From positions 6,326,001 through 6,390,000 of the forward strand of contig OZ076409.1 in assembly GCA_964187785.1 (NCBI GenBank): 64,000 bases of DNA, written 5' to 3'. Shown here piece by piece: positions 50,163-62,707 of the stretch; the stretch's first letter is position 1; every line of letters begins with the position of its first letter. This DNA comes from Amphiscolops sp. MND2022. Lineage: Eukaryota. Both the position numbers and the translations under genes were made by a program. The notes below the pieces were generated by a model. The model saw nothing but the letters and a program-made list of their open reading frames with translations. It ran no database searches and was not told the DNA's origin.

Positions 50163-51817
50163 GTTTGTTTCCTAATATCCAATTTTTTGTAGACAAGATT
50201 TTTTGATTTCCAAGATTTTCGGTGATTGGTTTCGGTAAAAAATCAGAAACTATTTGGTACGTTAAACTGGTGACAATGTGGCATAACTCTTACAATTACT
50301 AGTTTTTAAATTTAGAAGCATTCTTAAACTTAAAAGCGCCCATTTATAAAAATTATAATGTTAGTGGATTATTTTAAACTCATGAAACCAGAAATCTGAT
50401 CTAACCACCTTACAGAAAATTTCATTTTTAAGCAATATTGTATAACTCTCATGCACAATTTTATACTTTATTAATCTAATGTATACAGGACCATTCGTAT
50501 TTTTCGGCACTTTGTGACTTTTTCCGAAAAATGTTGTACTTGACAGAAAACTCATTCTGTATTTTGGTTAATTTTAGTCAGCAAAAAGCTTTTGTGTGAG
50601 TAGCAAGGGTCTCTTTTTGCGCTTTCATGGCACTCTGAGACTTTTTTGAAAGTGTTTCAATTCACTGCAGGGTCCTTTCCTTGGTATGTCAAAACATTTC
50701 ATAAGTGAAGACGTTTTTTGAGCTTTTTGAGTCCGACTTTTCTGAGTTTGTTTCGGCACTGTGAGATTTGTTACTTTTTCAATAACTTTCTTGAGCATGG
50801 TTACGACCATTTTCCTTTTCTGAGCTTTAAACGGAGGGTCAACGTTAGCCTTTCTCGTTTTGCTGTTTCTCGCCGTTCGGTAAGTGTAACATCGTTTCAG
50901 TTGATTACCCAGTGGTGGTCTGAATTGACAAACAAAATTGGTGAAACGTTGAGAACATGGCAAAATACCGTGTATCATTAGGCGGTGATATAGTGACCTC
51001 ATATTCGTTTAGGAATGTTCGTGTCACAACTATCGTTCGCTACCGAAGAAGTTCCTTTTATTGGTTCCGAGTTCCGTTAGATAACACCAAGATACTTAGA
51101 ATGCGTAACTGTGGAAGAACTCAAATATGTAATGAACTGGTTTCTAATTGTTGTATATTTAATTTCAAAATGCTGTACATAACATTTTGAGAATCAGAGA
51201 ACTAGAATTGGGCTAGAATCTTAAACAAATTCGTATCAAACCGCATTATGACAATCGGTGTCCACAGCAACGACACGTTTCAAAACGGAAAGTTAAATCA
51301 GCAGAGTTCTTACAGTTAAATGAACTAAAGCGAAAGGAAGAAGGATACGCCTAATTCGATTCGTTCTGTGGGCCTGTTGAAATACATGCAACGAAGACTG
51401 AAAATTGAACTTCTCTTCACGAACCCGAAACTGCTCTAACCTAGATAGATGCATTCGAAGTGCGATGTCGGGTCGGAATGAAAGCTAAAATTAACGAATG
51501 ATTTTTTCTCCGTTGCAGTGTAGAGAGTCTAATAGAAGTCAAATCGCTTGTAGCATGCACAAAAAGGAAACAACAGCTTTGTTCGAGATTCAAGCAGTAC
51601 TCAAAAACTTTCTGTAGCGGAGAAAAAGGCTTGTGACTCCTGAACAATCCAAATTAATATCTAGCACTCAAAAAAGTTCTGAAGCATCACGCATGTTTCT
51701 TGCACGTCTGAAGGCAGCAACACGAAATTGTATTAGTTCTGTTTTATGCTGACTTCCGAGTGTTTCGGTTTTCGCATTTTCTTTAGTTTTTTTTCTGTAG
51801 AATTTTAAAAACTTGTT

Positions 51818-53240
51818 AGGAGTCGGAAAAAACGTTCGACTACTTATGCAATCGTGTCGTTTTTTGTTTTTTTTTCCCTAGCCTTTCATGAGAAGTTTAC
51901 ATTTCTCGAAAACTGTCCATAGAATTTTCATAAAATTTTGCGCAGTCATTCTACGCCCAAAGGGGCCCCTGCGTGCGCAAGGGCAGCAAAATCGGAAGAC
52001 TATAATGTGAGAAACATAGCCAAAATTAGCCCAAAACAGCCATTATTAGACTTTTTTCGATTTTCACAAAAACTCTCCATACGATTTGAACGGAATTTTG
52101 TACAGTCATTCTTCTACACCATATTAGAATCCTTCATGAGCAATAACATACTATATAATACATCCTACGACTGGAATGTGAAAAACATTAGCCAAAATTA
52201 ACCCAAAAATCGCCAAAAAACAGCCAATTTTCGACTTTTTTGACTTTCGCAAAAAATGCCCATACAATTCGAACGAATTTTTCTACAGTCATTCTGCACC
52301 ATGTTAGAGTCCTATATGTGCAATGGCATCAAAATCGTATGGCTGGGACGTGAGAAACAACCAAATTTAGCCCAAAAATGGCCAAAAAACAGTCATTTTT
52401 TGACTTTTTTCGATTTTCTCAAAAACTTTCTATACGATTCGAACGAAATTTTCTGCAGTCATTCTACTCTATATTAGAGTACTATTTGTACAAAGGCAAC
52501 AAAAACGTATGGCTGGGATGTGAGACACGTAGCCAAAATTAACCCAAAAGTGGCCAAAAAACCGCCATTCTCGACATTTTCGATTTTCTCAGATTCGAAC
52601 GAAATTTTCAGCAGTCATTCTATTCTATATTACAGTACTATTTTTACAATGGCAACTAAAACGTACGGCTGGGATGTGAGAAACGTAGCCAAAATTACCC
52701 CAAAAGTGGCCAAAAAACGGCCATTTTTTGATTTTTTCTTTCAATTTTCTCAAAAACTATACGATTCGATCGAAACTTTCTACAGTCATTCTACACTATA
52801 TTAGAGTCCCATGTGTGCAATGGCATCACAGTCGTATAGCTGGGGTGCGAGAAACAGCCAAAATTAACCCAAAATGACCAAAAAACAGCCATTTTTTGAT
52901 TTTCTCAAAAACTCTCCGCACGATTCGAACGAAAATTTCTTCAGTCATTCTACTCTATATTAGAGTACTATTTGTACAATGGCAACAGAAACGTATGGGT
53001 CGGATGTGAGAAACATAGCCTAAATTAACGCAAAAATGACCAAAAAAAAACATTTTTCGACTTTTTTTCGATTTTCTGAAAAACTTTCCATACGATTCGA
53101 ACGAAATTTTCTACAGTCATTCTACACCATAATATTGTCCTATGTGTGCAGTTTCAATAAATTCGTATGAATGGGATTGGAGCGAGTCAGAAGGAAAAAT
53201 ACCTAAGCCCACTCCTTTACCGCATATGCGGCTCTGGTTA
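51818..53240 (+). mobile_element. Helentron/DINE-like non-autonomous element with internal ~170-180-bp tandem repeats
   Basis: About 7 units sharing CAGTCATTCTAC..GCCAAAA..CGATTCGAACGAA. 5' stem GAGTCGGAAAA..TTCGACT. 3' palindrome CCGCATATGCGG. A second 5' end occurs at 55760-55940. Confidence 0.55.
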
Positions 53241-53885
53241 CATCTTGTGCTCTCTCTGGGTTTCCGAGCTTTTTATGTAGATATTTGTTGTCAGTTATTT
53301 CAATTTTGAATATTTAGTTGTTTTTTGTTTCAAAGAACTGAAAGATTTATTTTTGTTCGATGTCCAGTAATTGTTTTCATGTCTGTAGGGGTTTCTAAAA
53401 ATCGATATGGCTAGAGGTTTCTTTGTCCTGGAGCTTTGATTTTTCGAAAATTTTGGATGGGTTTTTTCTGGGTGTAAAAATATGTGGGTCGGGTGAAGCT
53501 AAACATGACCTCATTGTTTCGTATTCTGAAAATTAACTCAGTAAAAGAAAAGATTTGTAAAGATAGGCGTTTCTTTGACATATGATTCATACAAATTCAA
53601 CTAAATCACAGTCATTAAAATTTATTTTTCATTCTCATGGGTTTAATTGTATGATAGTACCAGTTACAGTTAGGAAGGTTCAGTTTTAGACATTTGATAG
53701 TCTAGACATACACCCTCAATCCCATTGATCGCAAAAAACTTGGCTGATTGTTGCAAAGTTCAAGGTTTTGTTCCATATTGATAATAATGTACCAACCAAG
53801 GTGTTCGCCACTCACATTTGACAGAGTACCAATAACTTTCAGCTGCATACTTATTTTTTGCAAATACGACATGTTCTATTGCAAC

Positions 53886-54858
53886 ATGGGAGGAGCCAAC
53901 AATACATCGCTAGGAATGCGAAAAACATTTCTAAAAATTACTGACGGAATTGCGCCAAAAGATAATCCCGCACATTTGGATGCTGGAGTTTACAGTGTCT
54001 AACGAGGTATTTTGGCCTACAAAAAAAGAAGAGAGGTTAAAAAAACGAAAAGTCCCAAAGTCGACCAAAAACTCACAAGCTTGTTTACAACGCATGTCAG
54101 GTATTCGTCCAAAATTGACACCAAGACCTATACGAGCCAGTTGATGCGATGGCCACCTATGAAGTGTTAGCCAGATTTCGCAGATACGACTTTTACGGTA
54201 GATGAGCGACGAAAAACTGCTTTTGTCAGAAACGCAACGGAAAAACTCTTTGACCTTGTGTAAGCTGAAACGCAAAAACACCGCTCAAGCTTGGCAAAAA
54301 TTGATCTACACTGATTAAGACAGAACATAAAGGCAGTCGTGTTCACTGTGTCCGTCGCCCTAGAGGGTCGAAATAGCCTTCACAGTTAAAATATCTGTAT
54401 TCGAATGCTCCCGGAAGACAAAAATCAAAAATGGTGTATGGCGCTATTCGATATATGGGCATCAGAATATTAGATAATTTCGGAGGAACTATGGCACTGG
54501 AGAACTACATCGACACTTTGCGTCACAAAATGCTACCTTTGGATTACGACCATTTACGTCAGCAAGATAACGCCCCTTGTCACAAATCCCGGGCTATAAT
54601 GCATATTTTGAAGTTGAGGGTGTAGCGCTAATACCAGAATGGCCACCCAACTCGCCGGACTTGAATATAATAGAAACCTCTTGTCACTTCTCGAAAGAAA
54701 GCTCAAAGGACCAAAAAATCCATAATAAACACGATTTATAGACTTTTATTGAACAAGAGATTTACCTAGTCCCTAACGAATTTACCAAGTTTTATTTTAT
54801 TCAATTCAAGAACGAATATAGGAAGTTATCCAAGCCGACGGATCTACCATGTATTGAT
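53886..54858 (+). pseudogene. Tc1-family transposase relic
   Basis: LIYTD*, MVYGAI, QQDNAPCHKSR and WPPNSPDLNIIE across frameshifts. Confidence 0.85.
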
Positions 54859-55094
54859 AGACCCTGCCATAATGGCACGATTCTTTTTTCACCTGATGTT
54901 TTGTTCCAAAATTCTTTTCCCTAGACTTTTTTGAAACTTAGGCGATTTATGATCAATATGATTAAGGTTGTAATATACACTCCATGTCACAAACAGTGTT
55001 TTGTATTTACCGATATGTGTTCTTCGAATTTAGAGTTTTTGATCTTTTAAAATGTGAAATGCAACATATTACAACAAGACGCCCGCAAAGCACC

Positions 55095-55170
55095 GTTTAT
55101 TTTCCCCTGAAAATGTAACGCATCGGCCCGGGTTTGAACCCACGACCTCGTGTCTGCCAGTAAGCAGTAA
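55095..55170 (-). repeat. tRNA-derived SINE-like fragment
   Basis: Minus strand GGTCGTGGGTTCAAACCCGG (B box / T-arm). Confidence 0.45.
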
Positions 55171-55967
55171 CGAGAATAGTTACTAAGTATCTATAATAGT
55201 CAAGTAACTCTAAGTGAGGTGAAACTGGGAGGAGATTTGGCAGATTTTGGAAAAAAACCCAACACAGATCATGATTTTCCTCCCCCATTTATGTGGACGA
55301 AAAATAACAACTATTGGCTTAAAAGTTTTTCGAGTTAGTCACATTCAAGAGTTGTAATCTAATAGCCTGCCTGTCCTCATTTTGGAAAAACGTTTTCATT
55401 TCTCAGGTCAAACTTTTATCGAGAAAATTTAGTTCAATGAGTTGCTATTTGGGTAAAATCGAAACGGTTCGCTCATGAAATTGGACCAAAATTTGGGCCT
55501 AGAGTTATGTCATTGGGCATGACCCTTGATGACATTTTGACTAGACTCAGTAATTGTTATTTTTTACCCACAGAAATTTTTTACCCAGTGACACAAATTT
55601 CATGTCACTTTAAATTTTAAAGTAAGCATTTCAACTGGAATCAAATTATTCCTGGTTATTTGACTCATGACAGTTATTTCACAGCTTTAGAGTCACGAGA
55701 TACAGGTAGTTTTTTGGTAATCAGTGATGGTTGAGACAAGTTTTATTAATATATATTTAAGAGTCGGAAAAATGTTTCGACTACTTATGCAATCGTACCT
55801 TTTTTCTCCCGACCTTTCATGAAAAATTTAAATGTCTCAAAAACTGTCCATACGTTTTTTTTAAACTTTAGCATAGTCATTCTACGCCCAAAGGTGCTCC
55901 TGTGTGCACAATAACATCAAAATCGTACGACTGGATCTGAAAAGATAGATAGCTAGATAGATAGCAT

Positions 55968-56476
55968 AAACAAGCCGGGACCGGCCCAAGTCGGCGCCAT
56001 ATCTTAGGCTCAAAAATAGCAAAAGGACTTCAATATGTCAAAGTATTGGTGAGTTGGGGACCCTTTTATGAAAAAAAATTTTTGGAAAAAAGTCTCACAA
56101 TGCCGGAAAAAACTGAAAGGGTGGACCCTTTGGGGGTTTTCAACATCCATTTTGTCGGAAAACATCAAAAAATTGAAGGGGGGACCCTTTGGGGACAATT
56201 TTTTTCCGGAAAAAAAGTCTCACAATGCCGAAAAAAAACTGAAAGGGGGGACCCTTTGGTCTCGCCCGGTATGGTATGTTACGCGGGAAAACAGGAAAAA
56301 CCTTTTTGGTTCAGTTCGCTAGGCCAAATAGTGCAATTTGGTGCAATAATATTTTGTAGAACTTTTGTAGAACTTTTGTAGAACTATTTTGGTCAGTTCA
56401 GGTGGTCTTTAAAAAAACACTGAAGAAAAGCTATGACTATAGTCGACTCTTTTTTAAAGAAAAGCGCCGACTAAAA
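55968..56476. mobile_element. Non-autonomous DNA element with short subterminal IRs; relatives at ~63630-64000 and ~50490-50880
   Basis: AGTCGGCGC / GCGCCGACT IRs, GACTATAGTC palindrome, internal GGGGACCCTTT and AAAAAGTCTCACAATGCCG repeats. Confidence 0.55.
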
Positions 56477-56575
56477 ATGACCAATTGACAATAAAATGCG
56501 TGATTTGATACGTTTCGTACTTTTTCACCGCACATGCAGCTCTGGCTTATACTGGAACAACTGTGCAATTTTCAG

Positions 56576-56812
56576 AGCAGGAGAAAGTGTACAAAAAGCG
56601 ACTGGCAGACTTGGAAGTGGGAATCGTTCTGGGCAGACAGAATTACGCTCTCAAGTCGATCACGTGTGAGAAAGTACAAGCGGATGCAGCAGTGAAGACT
56701 TTGTCTCTCATTTTGGACAGAAGACCCTCGTGTTTGGCTGATTACGTCAAAAAGTTCGAGAAAAGTCACTCACAGTGGACCAAACTAGCCGCTGAGTTGA
56801 CTTCTCTTTCAG
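56576..56812 (+). CDS. Candidate host-gene exon D
   Basis: TTTTCAG acceptor (phase 1, matches exon C), EQEKVYKKRLADLEVG..ELTSLS, donor G|GTAACA. Confidence 0.55.
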
Positions 56813-57752
56813 GTAACATCACCCTCAAATTACGTAATCACATCTTGGACAGAAAATGATTCTAACCTTGCGAAAAAGTCTAGACGTCTTTACAGGTCGT
56901 TTCGTTCACACTTTAGATGTGTGAAAGTTGATTTGCTGCTTCGAAGAATAGTTGTCAAAGTTTTGAAACGTTTGTTGACAAATACAGTATTGTGATCAAG
57001 AAAACGTCCCTCGACCCGAATTTAGGCTCGATTTTCTCGAAACCTATTGAGAATTTTAAAAAACATCAGGAACAAAAGTTTCTTAGAATTTCATCTAGTT
57101 CATATTAGTGTTTTTTAAAGTTTTCTAGGACAAAATTTCAGAAAGTTACATGTAGCTGATTTTGAGCAAACTTGGGATTTTTTCCGTTTTTTCAAATTTT
57201 TGACCGTTTCATCCACAGTTGCTTTGACAAGGTTTATAACTCGAACAAATCTACTGAATCTATGGATATTTTTCGATTTATAAAATAACCAACCAACATG
57301 TATTAAGATAGGAAATGAACGTTACGCGGCGAAAAACTGCGATTATTATTTCATTTAGAATGTTTTTGAAGCAAAAAATATATCATTGAATTTTATACAA
57401 TCTGCAGAATTCTATGAATTTAAAATTTTCATTAAAAAATTTCAAAAACCTTCCCAAAACTGGGAAAATAGCAGAAGTGTTCTTTCTGCACCTGAGATTT
57501 CACTTGATGCACCAATCAGAATTGAAAGTGAGAGCAAATAAGCAATTCTAATTGGTTGATAACGACGCTCAGCGCATAGGGGGACAATTTTTTAGTCACA
57601 GTACTGGACTGTCAAGTTGTAATCGGTGTACATTTAGTGCGATCAGTGCACTGTTTCCACGAAAAGTTGGAACTTTCAAGGACCTTGTGAAGACTTTCAC
57701 GGTGTAAAATGTTGAAAAGAAATGACTCTTTTGAACTGCAGATTTTGGGAAG

Positions 57753-60700
57753 TGTTATAGCTATGCTATCTCGAAGAAGAATCAAAACAATAGAGCTGTT
57801 AATACTGTATTGTATGTAGACCATATGGTAAATGGCCGCTCTCACTTTTCTTGTGAGCACTCTTTTTGTTGGTAAACAACTTTAATAAAGTGTTACACAA
57901 CCTGTTTCTTTTTTAGTTTGAGTGTTCGAGAGTGCACTCTCTCACATCCCCCAGTTTATAGGTGATTGGACAATCAAGGTTATTACAATTGTAATACAGA
58001 TTTACAGCTTTTGATGAACTAAAATTGTACATTGATTCTGTATAGTAATAGTAATGTACTCGGTTTAATTTGTTTACATGTATGGTATTTGTTATACCAA
58101 TTGACTCAATTAACTAAATGTAGCGCCAATAATATGGTTAGTGTTTTGGCTGGTTACTAATTTGTACCAGTTTTGAGTTTGTTGTCATGTCACCGTGAGA
58201 TGACGGCTTCTTTGGAGTTGGCAACTCCTGGCTTATTGCTTTTCCGGGCTCTTGTCGATGTTGGTTATCATCACATTGTGGCCGTAGAATTCGGTTTTGT
58301 TTCGGCTCCTTTCCCCCCTTCTTAGCTCTGCCTTCTGTTGTTTTTCTGCCTTGGGCTGGTTCTGCTCGTTCTTCTCTTCGTGCGCGGTGATTGTTTCTTC
58401 ATTCTGCTCGTTCTTCTCTTCGTGCGCGGTGATTGTTTCTTCATTTGGCTTTTCTGGTTTTTGTTCTTCTTCTTCTTCTGAGTCTGAATTTTCTAATTGT
58501 TCCCAGATTGTGGGTCGTTTTTCGATTTTGCTTTTCTTTTGCTTTTTGTTTCTCTTTGCTATTTTCTCCTTGAACTGTTTCCTTGCTGGCGCTTTCTTTT
58601 CGTTCTGTCTTTTTATTGGCTCGTGCGCGCGTTCAACTTCTGCATATGGCGGTAAACTTTTGCTGCTTGTCTCATTTCTATTTGTTCGCTCGCTTGTAGT
58701 TGACAGCTCGCTTGTAGTTGGCGGCTCCACTATTTCTGTCTGCTTTCTCTTATCTGCCTCTTTTGAGCAGCATGGCTGGTTTTCGTTGCTGTATCCGATG
58801 TCCCTTTTTGACAGGACCGATGGATTGTTGCTACCTGCGGGTAGGAACGTGATTGTGTGATTCGACTGTTCTAAGAGCACGCCTTTTCTTTTCTTGAAGC
58901 TGCCTTCTAGCTTGCTTCCCCTGGCTCGTTCCCTTACCAGTATTGTTGAGTCTTGGCCACTCTCGAAGTCCGTCTCTGTAAGGGGGAATTCTGGGTTTTC
59001 TGAAATGAATTTGTCACGATTTATGACTAATTTCTTTATCGTGTTCGGTTCTACTCCAGTGTATTTTTCAAACGGCGATTTTCCTGTTCTTGATGGGTTC
59101 ATTCTCAAGGCAAATAATATTTCTGATAACCCAGACTTGTCTCTCCTTACCACTATTTCCTTATTTGTTCTTAACCGTTCGTTTATCGTTCTTATTAGCC
59201 GTTCTATTTTTCCGTTTCCACGGTGATCGCTTATTGGGCACTCGATATGTTTTATCAGCCACTTGTTACAAAATTCCTTGAATTTTCTACTCCGAAAGAT
59301 TGTGGCTGGGTCCGTCCTAATTATCTTAGGGATCCCGTGTCTTGATATATAATTTCTCAAGAACTCTATTACGTTGTCAGTTGTTGGCTTGCTTAAAAAT
59401 TTTGCTTCTGGCCAACCTGAAAAATGATCTTTTGAGACTAGTAAATATTTTCTTGCATGAATTGCATTTTGAAACGGGCCCGCGAAGTCTATCGCTATCT
59501 CTTGGTTATTTTCGGAACAACTAGGTAGTTTACCAACTTGTTTTTGCCTTAGTATAGTTTTAATATTCTTACCGGCGTTACAGCATTGGGGGCAGTTCTT
59601 TGCGATTGTTACGACTTCTCTGTGTAACTTCGGCCACCATACGTTGCTGACTGTGGCGAGCATTTTGTCCCTACCGGGATGGCCATAATGCAGTGACCGC
59701 ATGATAATTGGTCGCAATAGTTTTGGAATGACGAGGCGCTCGTCCATATACATAAAGTCGTGCTCGTCTAAGCTAAGGCATCGAAACTTTTCGCGCCACG
59801 GTGTTGGCAGTCGATTAATTTTGGTTGCGTCTGGCTTTTTTATTAGCCCAATTACTCTTTGTAGGAACTCATCGGATTCATATTGTGAGGCAAATGTAAA
59901 ATTGCCCAGAGATTGCAGAACCTCGATTTGGTTCACCGAGTAGCATTGTGGCGTTTTTATTGGTGGCTTGTTAGCCTCTTGTATTAGCTCGTCGCTCATT
60001 TGTTCGCTGTCGCTGGAATTTGCGTTATTGTTAATCTGTTCGCTGTCGCTTGAATTCGCACTGTGATTGCTTTCTTGCGCGTTTGTTATGGTTGCTGCTA
60101 TTTGCCTAATTGTTTGTTTATTTGCACTTGTTATCTCGCTCACTTTCTCCGCCTTCACCTTCGCGTGCCGTTCGCTCGAAGTTGCCAACTTCTCTCTCAT
60201 TGGCTGTTTTGCCTCTTCTCGTTGAATTCTATTGGCTGTGTCTAAAACAGAATTGGATTGTTTAGTTATTTCATTAACGGTGAACCAATTGTGCCACAAT
60301 TCCTCTGCTTTAATTTTGTTATCGTTACCCTTAATTTCCGACGGATGCCGGGACAAATAATCAGCCATTCCCATGGTGCGGCCTGGGGCGTGGACTACCC
60401 TGAATTGGAACGGAAGTAGCCGATCCACCCACCTAGTAAGTCTTGACGAATATGTTTTATTTCCTCTGTTACCTCTTAGTATAGTCGTTAGGGCTTTATG
60501 ATCTGATACTACCTCGAATTCTGTGCCGTATACAAAATTTCGGAAATATTCCACGGCCCACACAACGGCCAACAATTCTAACCCGTTGATCGAGTATTTT
60601 TGTTCAAACTCCGTCAAAAATCTTGAAGCGTAGTGGGTCGTTTCCCAACCTTCTTCTTGTTCCTGTTGTAACATCGCCCCCAGCCCTTCTCTGCTAGCAT

Positions 60701-62707
60701 CACGGATAATTCTTAGGGGCAAGTCTCTTTTGAAGTGTTTCAACTCGGTGATCTTTCGAATTGCTTCCTTTATTTTCTCGAAAGCTTCTTCATGCTCTTT
60801 TTCCCACTTCCATTCGTTATCGTGTTTTAGGAGAGGTCTCAAGGGGGCACATATGTTGGCTAGGTTCGGTATAAATTTATTTAGCTGATTTATTGCCCCC
60901 ATGAAGGACCGCAAGTCTTTTAAATTCTTTGGTCTTAATTTCTCAGTGATAGCCTGTACCTTTTCGTTGATGGGTTTTATTCCTTCAGCCGACAATATGT
61001 ATCCCAGCCATTCGGTTTCTCTTTTGGCTATCATGCATTTTTCTACTTTCAGCCTGACTCCTGCTTCATCTAAAACTTTGATGGTTTCTTCCACTTTCTT
61101 CAGGTGATCGTCTTTTGTCCCTTTTGTCACAATTAATATATCATCGATAAATGTGAATGTATTGTTTAGTTCGTGTAAAATGTTGTCCATGATCTTCTGG
61201 AATTCCGGGGGCATTGTCGTTAACCCGTAAAATCCTGTGTTGAATGCGTATGTGCACGTCGTTTCTCCTCCCACAATTTGGAAGTTGCAGTGCTTCGCCG
61301 TCTCGGGGTGTAATTGTGTCTGGCCATATGCGTATTGCATATCTAATGAAGTGAAAAATACTTCGCCTTCTTGTTTGCTGTTAATTACCTCAGCGATCTT
61401 ATCCATCAGGCTTTCCAGATCTGGCATTTGATATTTATTCTTCAAAATGGCATTGTTGAGCGACCTGGCATCTAGCGCAATTTTGACACTTCTGTCCTTC
61501 TTGACAGTAATTACCACCGGTTGTATGAACATCTCGTCTGTCACTTTGTCGATCTTCCTGATATGTCCTGCCTCCAGTAGGTTCTTTATTTCTTTATCCA
61601 CTGCTTGCTGTAGTTGTAATGGCACTCGTCTGCCCTTCTGTTGCGTGATTTTGGCCCCTTCTTTGAATTCGATCTTGATCGTGTGTCCGATGATCTTACC
61701 TGTTCTTTTGAAAACCTTTGGAAACTTTTTCTGAATTTGTTTTAGTTCCGGGGACAGTTCCGCTTTTCTTACAATGTTATTTACAATGTTTTTGCACTCA
61801 CCTTCATTTTGTGTTTCTGAGAGTCGGTAGTTTAGTTTTGTTAGCCAGTCGCGACCAATCAGTGACTTCTTCCCGTCTCTTGATATCACTATGCGTGCTC
61901 GTGTCATCTTTTGTTTCCCCACTTCTACGTCAACTGTGATGTATCCTACCAGATTAAGTGGTCTGCCGTTGTAGTCAACGTATTCTTCGTTTTTCGGGAG
62001 GGGTCTTGCAAAGATTAGGTCTGTTTTCAGTATTTGGCATAAGTCTTCCTTCGTGAAGATCGTTATGGGCGACCCTGAGTCTATCATGGTTGAAAATTGT
62101 TGTTTGTTTATCTTTCCTTTCAACACAAATGGTTTAACACCTACCCCGTTTACGTGTAGTACAATGTTGTCCTCGTCCCATTCCGAGCTGCCTCCTGATT
62201 GGTCGGCTGATTGTTCAATCATATTCACTCTCCGCATGTTGCCACTATTTTGATTTCTGCCAGCTCCGCGCGAGTTGCCAGCTCTTGGTCTCTTGCACAT
62301 TCTTGCGAAGTGTCCCGTTACTCCGCAGTTTCTGCATTTCTCTGTTTTCGCTTTACATGCTGCTAAGTGGTTTTGCGAAAATTCGAACCCGCATCGTGTA
62401 CATGGATTTCTTGTTGTTCTTCCTTCTACTGCCATTACTGGTTCTGTTTTTATTTCTGCGCCTCCTGCGAAATTCTTTTGTTGGCTTATACCTTCTTCAT
62501 ATGCGATCGCGAATCGCAGTGCTTCCTGTGGATTTTCTTTTGGCTCAGTACACAGGCGTTCCTGTACTGTCTTGTGTCGCATGTTCTGGATAAATGCGTC
62601 CATGATAAGTCCCTCTGTTTGTTCACCAAATTCACATCTTGCCGCTAATCCCGTGGTTTGGCACACTTCTTTTTTAGTTTGAGTGTTCGAGAGTGCACTC
62701 TCTCACA
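57753..62707 (-). mobile_element. Gypsy-D LTR retrotransposon with internal 5' deletion
   Basis: 3' LTR 57753-57946 (TG..CA). Only 41 bp of the 5' LTR remain (62667-62707). TSD GGAAG on both sides. PPT GGGGGA next to 57946. Confidence 0.9.
58233..62666 (-). CDS. Gypsy-D single-frame gag-pol, N-terminally truncated (1477 aa open)
   Basis: Knuckle CRNCGVTGHFARMC, IDSGS, FIDD, DASR, HHCC, IDFAGP..TDP..IER. In-frame 42-bp tandem duplication (EETITAHEEKNEQN twice). Confidence 0.92.
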   Translation of the reverse strand: MCQTTGLAARCEFGEQTEGLIMDAFIQNMRHKTVQERLCTEPKENPQEALRFAIAYEEGISQQKNFAGGAEIKTEPVMAVEGRTTRNPCTRCGFEFSQNHLAACKAKTEKCRNCGVTGHFARMCKRPRAGNSRGAGRNQNSGNMRRVNMIEQSADQSGGSSEWDEDNIVLHVNGVGVKPFVLKGKINKQQFSTMIDSGSPITIFTKEDLCQILKTDLIFARPLPKNEEYVDYNGRPLNLVGYITVDVEVGKQKMTRARIVISRDGKKSLIGRDWLTKLNYRLSETQNEGECKNIVNNIVRKAELSPELKQIQKKFPKVFKRTGKIIGHTIKIEFKEGAKITQQKGRRVPLQLQQAVDKEIKNLLEAGHIRKIDKVTDEMFIQPVVITVKKDRSVKIALDARSLNNAILKNKYQMPDLESLMDKIAEVINSKQEGEVFFTSLDMQYAYGQTQLHPETAKHCNFQIVGGETTCTYAFNTGFYGLTTMPPEFQKIMDNILHELNNTFTFIDDILIVTKGTKDDHLKKVEETIKVLDEAGVRLKVEKCMIAKRETEWLGYILSAEGIKPINEKVQAITEKLRPKNLKDLRSFMGAINQLNKFIPNLANICAPLRPLLKHDNEWKWEKEHEEAFEKIKEAIRKITELKHFKRDLPLRIIRDASREGLGAMLQQEQEEGWETTHYASRFLTEFEQKYSINGLELLAVVWAVEYFRNFVYGTEFEVVSDHKALTTILRGNRGNKTYSSRLTRWVDRLLPFQFRVVHAPGRTMGMADYLSRHPSEIKGNDNKIKAEELWHNWFTVNEITKQSNSVLDTANRIQREEAKQPMREKLATSSERHAKVKAEKVSEITSANKQTIRQIAATITNAQESNHSANSSDSEQINNNANSSDSEQMSDELIQEANKPPIKTPQCYSVNQIEVLQSLGNFTFASQYESDEFLQRVIGLIKKPDATKINRLPTPWREKFRCLSLDEHDFMYMDERLVIPKLLRPIIMRSLHYGHPGRDKMLATVSNVWWPKLHREVVTIAKNCPQCCNAGKNIKTILRQKQVGKLPSCSENNQEIAIDFAGPFQNAIHARKYLLVSKDHFSGWPEAKFLSKPTTDNVIEFLRNYISRHGIPKIIRTDPATIFRSRKFKEFCNKWLIKHIECPISDHRGNGKIERLIRTINERLRTNKEIVVRRDKSGLSEILFALRMNPSRTGKSPFEKYTGVEPNTIKKLVINRDKFISENPEFPLTETDFESGQDSTILVRERARGSKLEGSFKKRKGVLLEQSNHTITFLPAGSNNPSVLSKRDIGYSNENQPCCSKEADKRKQTEIVEPPTTSELSTTSERTNRNETSSKSLPPYAEVERAHEPIKRQNEKKAPARKQFKEKIAKRNKKQKKSKIEKRPTIWEQLENSDSEEEEEQKPEKPNEETITAHEEKNEQNEETITAHEEKNEQNQPKAEKQQKAELRRGERSRNKTEFYGHNVMITNIDKSPEKQ

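Noticed and set aside
58297..62682. Many + strand ORFs opposite Gypsy-D and other pol genes
   Set aside because: Antisense shadows of coding sequence.
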